Virus record (IMG/VR): IMGVR_UViG_3300006316_000001
Span: 32,001 to 96,000 of that record
Source of the DNA: a virus
DNA: 64,000 nt
Direction: 5' to 3' (one strand)
The position numbers were made by a program, and so were the translations under genes. Under the pieces are notes generated by a model. The model was not told the origin of the DNA. It saw only the letters and a program-made list of their open reading frames with translations, and searched no databases. Shown in pieces: positions 9,589 through 17,195 of the stretch (position 1 is the stretch's first letter; every line of letters begins with the position of its first letter).

Positions 9589-9935
9589 TATTGCGACTTA
9601 AAAAGAAACCTCTAATTTTCCCTATTTTATTCGCCTCCCTAGCCTGAACTTGTTTCACCTATTTAATACATATAGCGATAGAGACTAGGCATAGATAGAA
9701 CATACACTATTACTCTAATCATACATACTCTCCTATACATATACATACATACCATATAAGGAATAGACATAGACATAGTACGATAGACTATAGCATCATA
9801 CCATACTCCTAGCATAGATCATAGTACTGAGCATAGATAAGATTATATAGATAGAACATAAGAGAGAACAAGAACATGATAAGGTATCACTGCAATGAAT
9901 AATGCTCTGGGTCTGGATAAAAAATGTTACTGGTA

Positions 9936-10015
9936 AGTATAGGGGGAGTCTCTCAAAAATATGATATCTATGATAATAACCGCGCGATACCTAATTTCAC
10001 GTAAAAATAAAATCG
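9936..10015 (+). other. Putative cos (cohesive end / packaging) site
   Basis: AGGGGGAGTC..TCAAAA...AACCGCGCG..ATTTCACG..AAAAT resembles the G-run/TCAAA/ACCGC../TTTCAC layout of HK97-type cos regions; lies in long non-coding DNA; phage has HK97-type TerL plus HNH. Confidence 0.45.
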
Positions 10016-10350
10016 TAATGTTTAAAATGATTTACCATCAATTAAGCTGAAACATACTAAAAACCCTGTCTGGCACAAGCGATTACGTTCATTACGTACC
10101 ATTTTAGCTGTAATAACGTTAGGTTTGTCCTAGGATGAAAATTAAAGGATTTAAGCTACCATATTCTGAACTCAAATTTCTCGAACTTGTTCAGACCCAG
10201 AGCAGCCAACAATCCCACCACAAAAGCCAACTACAGCCCACTGCAGCCAACCATTACCAACACATATTCCCCATAACCAAGAATGGCCAACCACAGTTAC
10301 CTGCAGCTAGCCATCTGTCCCGCGTCCCCCCGCATTAGTCCCCTAAGTTT

Positions 10351-10400
10351 TATCTAGGCACTATGCAAAATAGAATAATCTATCTAGGCACTATGCAAAA
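10351..10400. repeat. Perfect 20-bp direct repeat, two copies, 30-bp period
   Basis: TATCTAGGCACTATGCAAAA at 10351-10370 and 10381-10400. Confidence 0.95.
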
Positions 10401-10407
10401 CCGTATA

Positions 10408-11211
10408 CTACACATCATCCCAAGGCTTCGGAACGTTCAGAGCAGCTCTAGCGTGAACACCAAACCGCCCGTAGTGTCTCACACTTTGATTGGTTGTCTC
10501 TTCAGTTACGATTTGCGGAGACCGCACTGAACTATCAGAAGACACGTCAGCGTTGGGAAGGACACGAGAGCGCGCATCAACAAAATACGGTTTATCAGGA
10601 TCAATTCTATACCCGATAGAAACGTCTGGATCAGAAGCGCGTTCTACACCCGTTACTAACCCTGTTCCTGACCGAACGGTGATTGACACATTACCGATAG
10701 GATCTTCCAATAATTGTACCGTGTCAGGAGTGTCCGGTTCAGAATCCATTTCAATATCTTCGTCGTCGACAAAGAACAATTCAGATAATGACGGCTCTTT
10801 TTCTGAATGAGTTTCTAGTTGATTCTCGGCACTATCCTCATCGGCAGTGACATGGAGAGTTCTAACCAACCTAGCATGTTCTGGTAAGAATACCAATTGA
10901 GTGTACCCTTCATGAACGTGCTCTTCTGGAACATTATACACACCGATGCGAAGTTCTTCATCTTTAAGTTCTTGAGGTTTGAAGAACCAACGACGAAGAG
11001 ATTGTATTGAATCAAACCCGAATACATAATCAGATCTGTTATCCCAAATGTCATCCCATATATCACAAAGCTTACCATCTTCTTGAGGTACTGGGTGACG
11101 GGAGATATCTTGACTGATAATGTGTCGTGACGACGTTCGGTAGAATCCAGTATTGACATTTGGATGTGCGTTACTTTCTTCTGTTTTGTGTTCAACGCGG
11201 TATACAAGCAT
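10408..11211 (-). CDS. Early protein: N-terminal possible ART-like domain plus acidic disordered tail
   Basis: VYRVE..G.Y..HP.P..D..FGFDS..L..WF..G..Q.VF pattern; GGAG SD. Confidence 0.55.
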   Translation of the reverse strand: MLVYRVEHKTEESNAHPNVNTGFYRTSSRHIISQDISRHPVPQEDGKLCDIWDDIWDNRSDYVFGFDSIQSLRRWFFKPQELKDEELRIGVYNVPEEHVHEGYTQLVFLPEHARLVRTLHVTADEDSAENQLETHSEKEPSLSELFFVDDEDIEMDSEPDTPDTVQLLEDPIGNVSITVRSGTGLVTGVERASDPDVSIGYRIDPDKPYFVDARSRVLPNADVSSDSSVRSPQIVTEETTNQSVRHYGRFGVHARAALNVPKPWDDV

Positions 11212-11220
11212 GATAGGCTC

Positions 11221-11523
11221 CTAGTATTTAGAAATGTGTTGTACAGTAACGCGATTCGTACCAGTCTCTCGAACCGCAATCTGAAGCCAATCGTAGTCTT
11301 TATTCTTCAGGCTGAATACACGGTAGCCTTCGTCAAGAAGTGCTCTAGCTGGTTCATCAGGTTGGGCGAAGATTAACTCATTGGTCACTGAGTTGTTCAC
11401 TTCGTACTCAGAGATGTAGTCACCTGAATCAGATTTGATTTCAGCGTTCTTACCGCCACCAATAACATTCACAAGGCGCATTGTAGTGCCGCGTGGTATA
11501 GTGATATTTAGTTCGTGTTTCAT
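11221..11523 (-). CDS. Hypothetical early protein
   Basis: First ATG downstream of promoter at 11574-11602. Confidence 0.6.
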   Translation of the reverse strand: MKHELNITIPRGTTMRLVNVIGGGKNAEIKSDSGDYISEYEVNNSVTNELIFAQPDEPARALLDEGYRVFSLKNKDYDWLQIAVRETGTNRVTVQHISKY

Positions 11524-11545
11524 AATTGGAGCCTTAATGATTAGG

Positions 11546-11602
11546 AGGGCTAACAACTAACCCTATAGCAACCATTATACTCTTATTAGCGGAGAAGTAA
11601 AG
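11546..11602 (-). promoter_or_regulatory. Early promoter plus 5' leader hairpin (short class)
   Basis: CTTTAC(11602-11597)-N17-TATAAT(11579-11574), then AUAGGG-UUAG-UUG-UUAG-CCCU. Confidence 0.85.
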
Positions 11603-11661
11603 CTTTTTAGGAAGGTTTTTATGCGAAGAGACCCCACTCTAGGTGAGGTCTGATATTGGTA

Positions 11662-12018
11662 TTATTTTGAGCTGAGTTTGGGACTAAATTCCTCTTGTTC
11701 ATAACTCCCATCACGTTGTAGTATTATGGAGATACCATTATCCTTTAGTCTTCTCTCCAATAATTGAAGTTTGTGGCGGAAATCCTTGCGGTCACTCTTA
11801 AATGCCCCAAATTTACTCCAGTTCAGAATGTTATCCAAGATATCTGCAATACTTGCGGGTGCGGCAGTTACTTTACTGTGTTTGAACATTAATATCTTGC
11901 CCGTTTCTCTATCTCGAAGACACGCTTCAATTTGGTCATGACCAACATACGAGAACATCTCAACACGACCTTCAACAATGAATGTACCTTCCTTATCATA
12001 TTTACAAGACATAATCAA
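11662..12018 (-). CDS. Hypothetical protein downstream of sigma factor
   Basis: Coupled ORF followed by a hairpin at about 11627-11651. Confidence 0.55.
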   Translation of the reverse strand: MIMSCKYDKEGTFIVEGRVEMFSYVGHDQIEACLRDRETGKILMFKHSKVTAAPASIADILDNILNWSKFGAFKSDRKDFRHKLQLLERRLKDNGISIILQRDGSYEQEEFSPKLSSK

Positions 12019-12923
12019 CCCTTATTATCTTCAGTGATGAAATCATCAAAGTGAACATCAGCCAAGTCAACGTAGAATCGAAGTTTCGATAAGCCATCAT
12101 TTTGAAGTTGACGGATTCGTTCTCGTGTTAGACCGAAGTGTTGACCACACTCTTCTAGTGTTTGATCTTCAAAGTAGCGCATTCTGATGATCTCGGAAAT
12201 GCGAGGTTTGATCACACCAAGATAAGTGTTCACATATTTATTGAATGCTTCAGGATCAACATTCAGCGCGTTACCATCTTCATCGGCTATGTGATCGTGA
12301 TGATCTAAGAAGTCCATAGGTTTACCATCGTCACCTTCAACGATTAGTTCATCGAAGCCTCTGATCGAACCACACATGAGTTTGATTGCGCTTCGGATAG
12401 ACGTTCTAGTCAGACATGATTCATTGAGGTTCTTTTCTTTGACGTACGCAGAAATGATGTCAATGGCATCAACAGAATCAACAACCGTATTGGCTTGGCG
12501 AAGAGCTGCACGGGAAACCTGCATAGCACGACCAATGTGAACAGGATATCTCATGAATTGGTCAACGTGACCTTCCATCATGTATCGTACTATACTCTGA
12601 CGAATCCATTGCATTGAGTACGTTGATAGTTTGAAGCCGCTTTGAATGTCGAATTTATCGATAGCGATCATCAGACCCATCATACCTTGGTTAAATAGGT
12701 CAAGGTAAAACTCCTCACGGCCAGCACCTGAATATTTTCTGGCCATCTTACTAACCAGTTTGATATTGTGCTTGATCAGCTCATCGCGAGCCCAAGCAAC
12801 CTGACCCTGTTGCCATAAATCGATTAGGATTAGCTCACGCCCTTTCTCAAGAACGGAATGATCCATGTAAGGTTTGAACATCTCAGGAAGTTCAATTCTA
12901 ACTACTTTTTGTTTAGCTCTCAT
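12015..12923 (-). CDS. Phage-encoded RNA polymerase sigma factor (sigma70 family)
   Basis: Region 2 (HNIKLVSKMARKY, DLFNQGMMGLMIAIDKFD..GFKLSTYSMQWIRQSI) and region 4 HTH (TLEECGQHFGLTRERIRQL); ATG 12923 overlaps upstream TGA. Confidence 0.92.
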   Translation of the reverse strand: MRAKQKVVRIELPEMFKPYMDHSVLEKGRELILIDLWQQGQVAWARDELIKHNIKLVSKMARKYSGAGREEFYLDLFNQGMMGLMIAIDKFDIQSGFKLSTYSMQWIRQSIVRYMMEGHVDQFMRYPVHIGRAMQVSRAALRQANTVVDSVDAIDIISAYVKEKNLNESCLTRTSIRSAIKLMCGSIRGFDELIVEGDDGKPMDFLDHHDHIADEDGNALNVDPEAFNKYVNTYLGVIKPRISEIIRMRYFEDQTLEECGQHFGLTRERIRQLQNDGLSKLRFYVDLADVHFDDFITEDNKG

Positions 12924-13201
12924 ACTACGGACTCCCTGCATCCAATTAGAGAAATGTCTTCTTCGTCCTTATCTTCGAAAAATACGATATCAAGACCTTT
13001 TATCTTAAAATAATTTTTATTGGCGGTAACTTCGGCACCACCATTTTCAAACTGATCAGAAACGGCTTCAGCGTACGCAACCTGCCAATCATCATGGCTG
13101 AGTGAAACTGTCATATCACATCTACCCATTTCTTCATATCGCTTTATGATGTATTTGAGTAGTGACATAGAGAATAAGATTTCCATTACGCTTTCCCCCA
13201 T
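12920..13201 (-). CDS. Hypothetical protein (start probably 13186)
   Basis: Coupled ORF in sigma operon. Confidence 0.55.
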   Translation of the reverse strand: MGESVMEILFSMSLLKYIIKRYEEMGRCDMTVSLSHDDWQVAYAEAVSDQFENGGAEVTANKNYFKIKGLDIVFFEDKDEEDISLIGCRESVV

Positions 13202-13392
13202 TTAAACATTCCAGTAACCATATCTTGCCCCATCCCAACACCATCAATGAATCCGGATAACTCCGCTTCGGACCAAAACTGCTTTGACCAATCAGTTCCA
13301 TTCAGCGTCAAGAGTGCGCAGTACTCTCCTTGTGGGGTGGTTTCAGTTTTGATGGTAAACCCACACAAACCAGCCTTAGCATTTAATTCCAT
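13186..13392 (-). CDS. Hypothetical protein
   Basis: MELNAK start after AAGGA SD, just downstream of the Imm-like gene. Confidence 0.5.
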   Translation of the reverse strand: MELNAKAGLCGFTIKTETTPQGEYCALLTLNGTDWSKQFWSEAELSGFIDGVGMGQDMVTGMFKWGKA

Positions 13393-13393
13393 G

Positions 13394-13582
13394 TTATGAA
13401 TCCTTCTTGGTATTATCCGTGAAGCACCACACAATGGCCACTAACCAGAAGATTCCGGTGAACAGTCCAATAATGTTGCAAATAAGAATTGCAGCCGCGC
13501 TGTTGTGTTTTCGGTAGCAAGCTATGATCATTGGAGCGAACGCCAATACCGCAACCACTATAAGTAAAATTGTTGAAGCCAT
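13394..13582 (-). CDS. imm: Superinfection immunity protein (T4 Imm family)
   Basis: FAPMIIA.YRKHN.AAAILICN...GIFWLVAIVW matches the Imm pattern (P.IIA..R.H....I...N......W..AL.W). Confidence 0.8.
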   Translation of the reverse strand: MASTILLIVVAVLAFAPMIIACYRKHNSAAAILICNIIGLFTGIFWLVAIVWCFTDNTKKDS

Positions 13583-13586
13583 GATT

Positions 13587-13838
13587 CTATCCTCTCATCT
13601 CATCGATGACAAATTGTAATCTATTCAGTTCGGCTTCCGAGGCACCTTTGAGGAAAGCTCTGATGCGCACTCGGGAACCCAGTGTTCGTTTGTTCTCAGA
13701 AGGTGCCGCTGTAGCACTTTCCTTTACCTTTTTAGCCTTAGTTGGTTTTGCTTCATGCATTTCATTAAGTAAGGCGGTCAGTTGCTTCTCCGCATTCTTA
13801 TGTGAGGCAGGCTTTGGACCAATATTAAACATATTCAT
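13587..13838 (-). CDS. Small basic early protein
   Basis: First gene behind promoter at 13899-13927. Confidence 0.6.
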   Translation of the reverse strand: MNMFNIGPKPASHKNAEKQLTALLNEMHEAKPTKAKKVKESATAAPSENKRTLGSRVRIRAFLKGASEAELNRLQFVIDEMRG

Positions 13839-13857
13839 TTAGTTACCCTTATATAAG

Positions 13858-13927
13858 AAGGGAAGCTGTTAACCTTAACGCTTTACCCTATAGCAACCAT
13901 TATACTCTTATAGTTTTAGAAGTAAAG
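13858..13927 (-). promoter_or_regulatory. Early promoter plus 5' leader hairpin (long class)
   Basis: CTTTAC(13927-13922)-N17-TATAAT(13904-13899), then AUAGGG-UA-AAGC-GUUA-AGGU-UAAC-A-GCUU-CCCU. Confidence 0.85.
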
Positions 13928-14325
13928 CCTTTTATTAAAGTTTTTTAATGTTCTGATCGCTGCTTTGGGTCTCTATTGAAATGTTCCGTTTACATTTTTT
14001 TCTTTTTTAGTTTCCGATATTCTTGTCTCTAATTCTCTCTATTATATTATAACCCCCGTTATTTTCCTCCGGAACGATCAAACGATCATACGATCATTCA
14101 ATCATTCCTTCGAAAAGGTCACGGACACGCTCACGCGCATCCTTAGACGTTCAACTGATAAAAGCATGCTCGCGTAGCGACTGTGCACAGCACAGCACAG
14201 CACTACACTCCCACAACATTCAACAACATCTCACCAGAACATTCCTTATATTTCCCACACACACGCGCGCGAGCATGCACACGAGAGAGACACTCGATAT
14301 GACCCAGAATGCCAGTTTAAGTGAA

Positions 14326-14356
14326 TTTCAATAGAAGGCTAATAGGAAGGAAAGTG
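14326..14356 (+). promoter_or_regulatory. Putative late promoter / direct repeat, copy 1
   Basis: TTTCAATAGAAGGCTAATAGGAAGG (25 bp) identical to 15595-15619; both copies lie upstream of rightward units. Confidence 0.6.
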
Positions 14357-14440
14357 TGCTTTTTAAAACACGCGACCTTTCATTTTATTGATGGGATAAT
14401 TCGATTACCCCATATCAAAACTAATGAGTGGGGAAATGAC

Positions 14441-15565
14441 ATGCATTTCAATAAGAAACTGAGAGCTATTGTTCTCGAAGCCGCACCACAACTGAAGGAA
14501 TCCATTCTTGAAGTTTTGAAAGCGGATAATGGTGAGATGAAGCTTGACCTTTCACGTAAGGTTAAACTTGACGACTCACTAAAGCTTAATGTTAAAACAT
14601 TGGCGATCGGTGGTACTGGTGGTGAAGCCCTAGCTATCGATGAATTGTTAATGGCTGATATCACAGATCGTGCTATTAACCAATTCTCAGGTATTTTTAC
14701 TGACCTTGATATTTCAGTGATCAATTCAGTGAATCATCGCGGTCTTGTGGAGTTAAATTCTCTTGGTGTAACTAAAGGCGTTGAAAACGTTCCTGGTCTA
14801 CCACAGTCTATGACTCCAACTGGTGAACTTGGTCAGCTTGTATCTCAGGTAGGTAAGGCTGCTATCATTACTTTTGTTTCGCAAGAAGCAGTGCGTGATA
14901 CGATGAATGGAGATTCGGTTTCTCTATGGGATTATATAGTTGAATCGGCTGCGCGCCAAATCGTACATTACTTCTCTATTCAGATCATCGCTGGAGATGG
15001 TAAACCTGACCGTCTTCGTGGCTTGGTATCTTCTAAGCGTATTGATGATGAAGAATCACTGAAGCCTGATCATGAACGTGACCCAGATTTTCTGCAAGTC
15101 AAACTATCAGGTGTCGATGGTGATTTTGGTACTGACGATAAGACAGCAGTTGAGAACATTGTATTTTTCTTGAACTCGGTTCCTTCGAAGAATCGTGCCA
15201 ATAGTAAAGTGTATATGAACTCAACAACTCACGCTGCGATTGAACTTCTTTCTTCTACGTCACCTCGTTTACGATTTGATGAAAAGGTTGTCGATGGTCA
15301 ACTGGTTACTACCGTTAATGGTTTTGTAATCTCTCTTGACGATATGATGCCTAATATGGATATGGGCTCAATCCCTATGTTGGTTGGCGATATTAATGCC
15401 GCTATTGAGTTTGCTTGGCACGACAAACAAACTGTCGTTGACCCATTCTCGATTGACGGTGCTATTAAATATAGTCAGTTCCCGCGTGCTTCAGAGCGTA
15501 TGAAAGATAATACCGCTTTACGAGCCTTCAAAATGTCAGCTGAAGCGATTCCTGCTCCTAATTAA
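14441..15565 (+). CDS. Second HK97-fold capsid protein (paralogue of MCP 23773..25026)
   Basis: Shared blocks K.LA.GGTGGEALAIDE, KG.ENV.G, GDG.PD.LRG..SSKR, ERD.DF, VDP...DG; ATG 14441 has a GGGGA SD. Confidence 0.85.
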   Translation: MHFNKKLRAIVLEAAPQLKESILEVLKADNGEMKLDLSRKVKLDDSLKLNVKTLAIGGTGGEALAIDELLMADITDRAINQFSGIFTDLDISVINSVNHRGLVELNSLGVTKGVENVPGLPQSMTPTGELGQLVSQVGKAAIITFVSQEAVRDTMNGDSVSLWDYIVESAARQIVHYFSIQIIAGDGKPDRLRGLVSSKRIDDEESLKPDHERDPDFLQVKLSGVDGDFGTDDKTAVENIVFFLNSVPSKNRANSKVYMNSTTHAAIELLSSTSPRLRFDEKVVDGQLVTTVNGFVISLDDMMPNMDMGSIPMLVGDINAAIEFAWHDKQTVVDPFSIDGAIKYSQFPRASERMKDNTALRAFKMSAEAIPAPN

Positions 15566-15594
15566 AACTTGGGTTCAGAAACACAGTTATAGGT

Positions 15595-15625
15595 TTTCAA
15601 TAGAAGGCTAATAGGAAGGGAAGTG
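15595..15625 (+). promoter_or_regulatory. Putative late promoter / direct repeat, copy 2
   Basis: Identical 25-mer to 14326-14350; 31 bp with one mismatch. Confidence 0.6.
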
Positions 15626-15855
15626 CCGCAACCTTTTAGGTGTTAGCGCAGTTACATTATCACTACTGACTTTGACCCTTCAAACTATGGTGAACAATTC
15701 TGGGATGTCTAATTGAGCGTGATAAGCTCGACCCGAACATGAAAAATTCCCAGAGCCGTAGACCCCCATTTACGACGAGTGTGTTGGGGAATGCCTCGTC
15801 GTATCTTACCTTTGAACACTTTTCCCCTTCGGGTTGAGTATCCAAAGGTAAGGTT

Positions 15856-16335
15856 ATGAAAAGAATAACAAACAACCAAAAAGAAATGTGGAGACTTTTC
15901 CTCCACGATAAGCAGAAAGGGATATGCCCACTTTGTGGAACTTATATTTCTCTCTGTAATGAAGACGGTAAGGATGAGTCCGTATTGGACCATGACCATG
16001 ATACAGGTCGTATCCGTGCCGTTCTCCATCGCAGCTGTAACTCTGCTGAGGGTAGAATTCTGAACTTCGCTGATAAGCGGTGTCGGAGTGAAGACCCTAA
16101 ATCGTTCTTGGTCAACATGGTGAAATATTGGGAAGCTGATTACAGTCATCACCCATTCCACCCTGACCATACTATTGAGGAAGAAGATGAACGTCTGAAA
16201 TTGAAGCGCAAACTGAAGAACTTGAAGGCAGCACATGCCATCGATAAAACCAAAAAGCGCATCGCTGAATTGTCAGAAATCATCAAAGCGAGTATCGAAC
16301 TTGTTCCTCCACCTTCTGAATGGTTTAAAAAGTGA
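15856..16335 (+). CDS. Endonuclease VII family (His-Me) nuclease
   Basis: QKGICPLC ... VLDHDHDTGRIRAVLHRSCNSAEG. Confidence 0.88.
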   Translation: MKRITNNQKEMWRLFLHDKQKGICPLCGTYISLCNEDGKDESVLDHDHDTGRIRAVLHRSCNSAEGRILNFADKRCRSEDPKSFLVNMVKYWEADYSHHPFHPDHTIEEEDERLKLKRKLKNLKAAHAIDKTKKRIAELSEIIKASIELVPPPSEWFKK

Positions 16336-16342
16336 GTGCACT

Positions 16343-16576
16343 ATGAATGGTAAAATTCCTGAGCGTGGCTATTTCGGTAGTAGCTCGAAGATGCTTGCAC
16401 TCACTGATGATTTCATTTCTGGTATCCGTCAGAAATGTAAAGAGCGCAAGTTGAAATTCAGCTTCCAGAAGAAAGACGATTACACAACCGATTTCCAAAT
16501 TGGTTATGATCTATATCGTTTGTCTAATAATGGTACGAGCGCATCGACCCAATTTTTGGGCACAATGAAATTCTAG
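16343..16576 (+). CDS. Hypothetical protein
   Basis: MNGKIPERG ORF between endo VII and tRNA. Confidence 0.45.
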   Translation: MNGKIPERGYFGSSSKMLALTDDFISGIRQKCKERKLKFSFQKKDDYTTDFQIGYDLYRLSNNGTSASTQFLGTMKF

Positions 16577-16651
16577 GACGGTTAGCTCAGTAGGTAGAGC
16601 AGTGGACTGTTAATCCATTGGCCACAGGTTCAAGTCCTGTACTGTCCGCCA
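16576..16651 (+). tRNA. tRNA-Asn(GUU)
   Basis: Cloverleaf: GGACGGT/ACTGTCC acceptor, anticodon arm GTGGA-CTGTTAA-TCCAT, T-arm ACAGG-TTCAAGT-CCTGT, G73, encoded CCA. Confidence 0.93.
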
Positions 16652-17195
16652 GTTTCGGTAAAGTATCTCACCTGATCAGTTAGTGAAAATCCGAAGTCAC
16701 CTTTTAAGAATCTAGAGTCTATGAAGGTGATGGAGCGGGGCATCTCCTAAACTGCCCAACAATGTTGCATTAAATGAAGTTCCTGACAGTCAGGAAGTGA
16801 ATGTTCACTACTGGACAGCTTCATTTAATCATCGCTTTCTTAGCTGAGTTGGTTTAGTGGGACTCAGACCCAAGAGCCATTTCAAAATATGATTTGCAAA
16901 AAGAAAACACCTCCACAAACTAGGATATCCGAGTGGTATAAATGGTGCGGTAAAAGTCCGAAGTATCCGCGAATTAATTTCATGCATCCTGAGATTTACA
17001 GGCTTCACGAAATCATGTGTGTAAGAGCAGGTCGTTTCGCCCCCAAACGTTGTGTGGGGCATAATTTAAGCATTCTTCAACCACTTATAGTTGGCCACCG
17101 TATTGTGGTGTCTCACTGGAGAGTGTTTAAATTATCTACATTCAGTTCGCCAGAAGTAACTTTTCAAAAGTGCGGTGGTGCTGAATGTTTCATTT
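16652..17195 (+). ncRNA. Candidate large structured non-coding RNA(s) between two tRNAs
   Basis: Continuous series of stems, e.g. 11-bp 16769-79/16819-29, 16-bp 17061-76/17120-35 with two G-U pairs, 8-bp 17138-45/17181-88, plus loop-loop complementarity. Confidence 0.55.

Noticed and set aside
10135-10338. 67-aa plus-strand ORF
   Set aside because: Its Q/H/P-rich translation arises from the CCAA-phased low-complexity DNA and it is antisense to the local gene flow
10351-10400. Mini CRISPR array
   Set aside because: Only two 20-bp copies with a 10-bp spacer, and no cas genes in the window
10815-11279. 154-aa alternative-frame ORF, and the many antisense ORFs inside structural genes
   Set aside because: Shadow frames of better supported genes, with no SD or recognisable motifs
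14321-14440. GTG start extending the capsid paralogue
   Set aside because: Overlaps the putative promoter repeat and leader hairpins; ATG 14441 has the SD
16652-17195. tmRNA, RNase P RNA, group I intron or hammerhead ribozyme
   Set aside because: No tRNA-like tmRNA ends; AAAGTCCG resembles RNase P CR-I but no matching CR-V was found; no P7 or CUGAUGA/GAAA core seen
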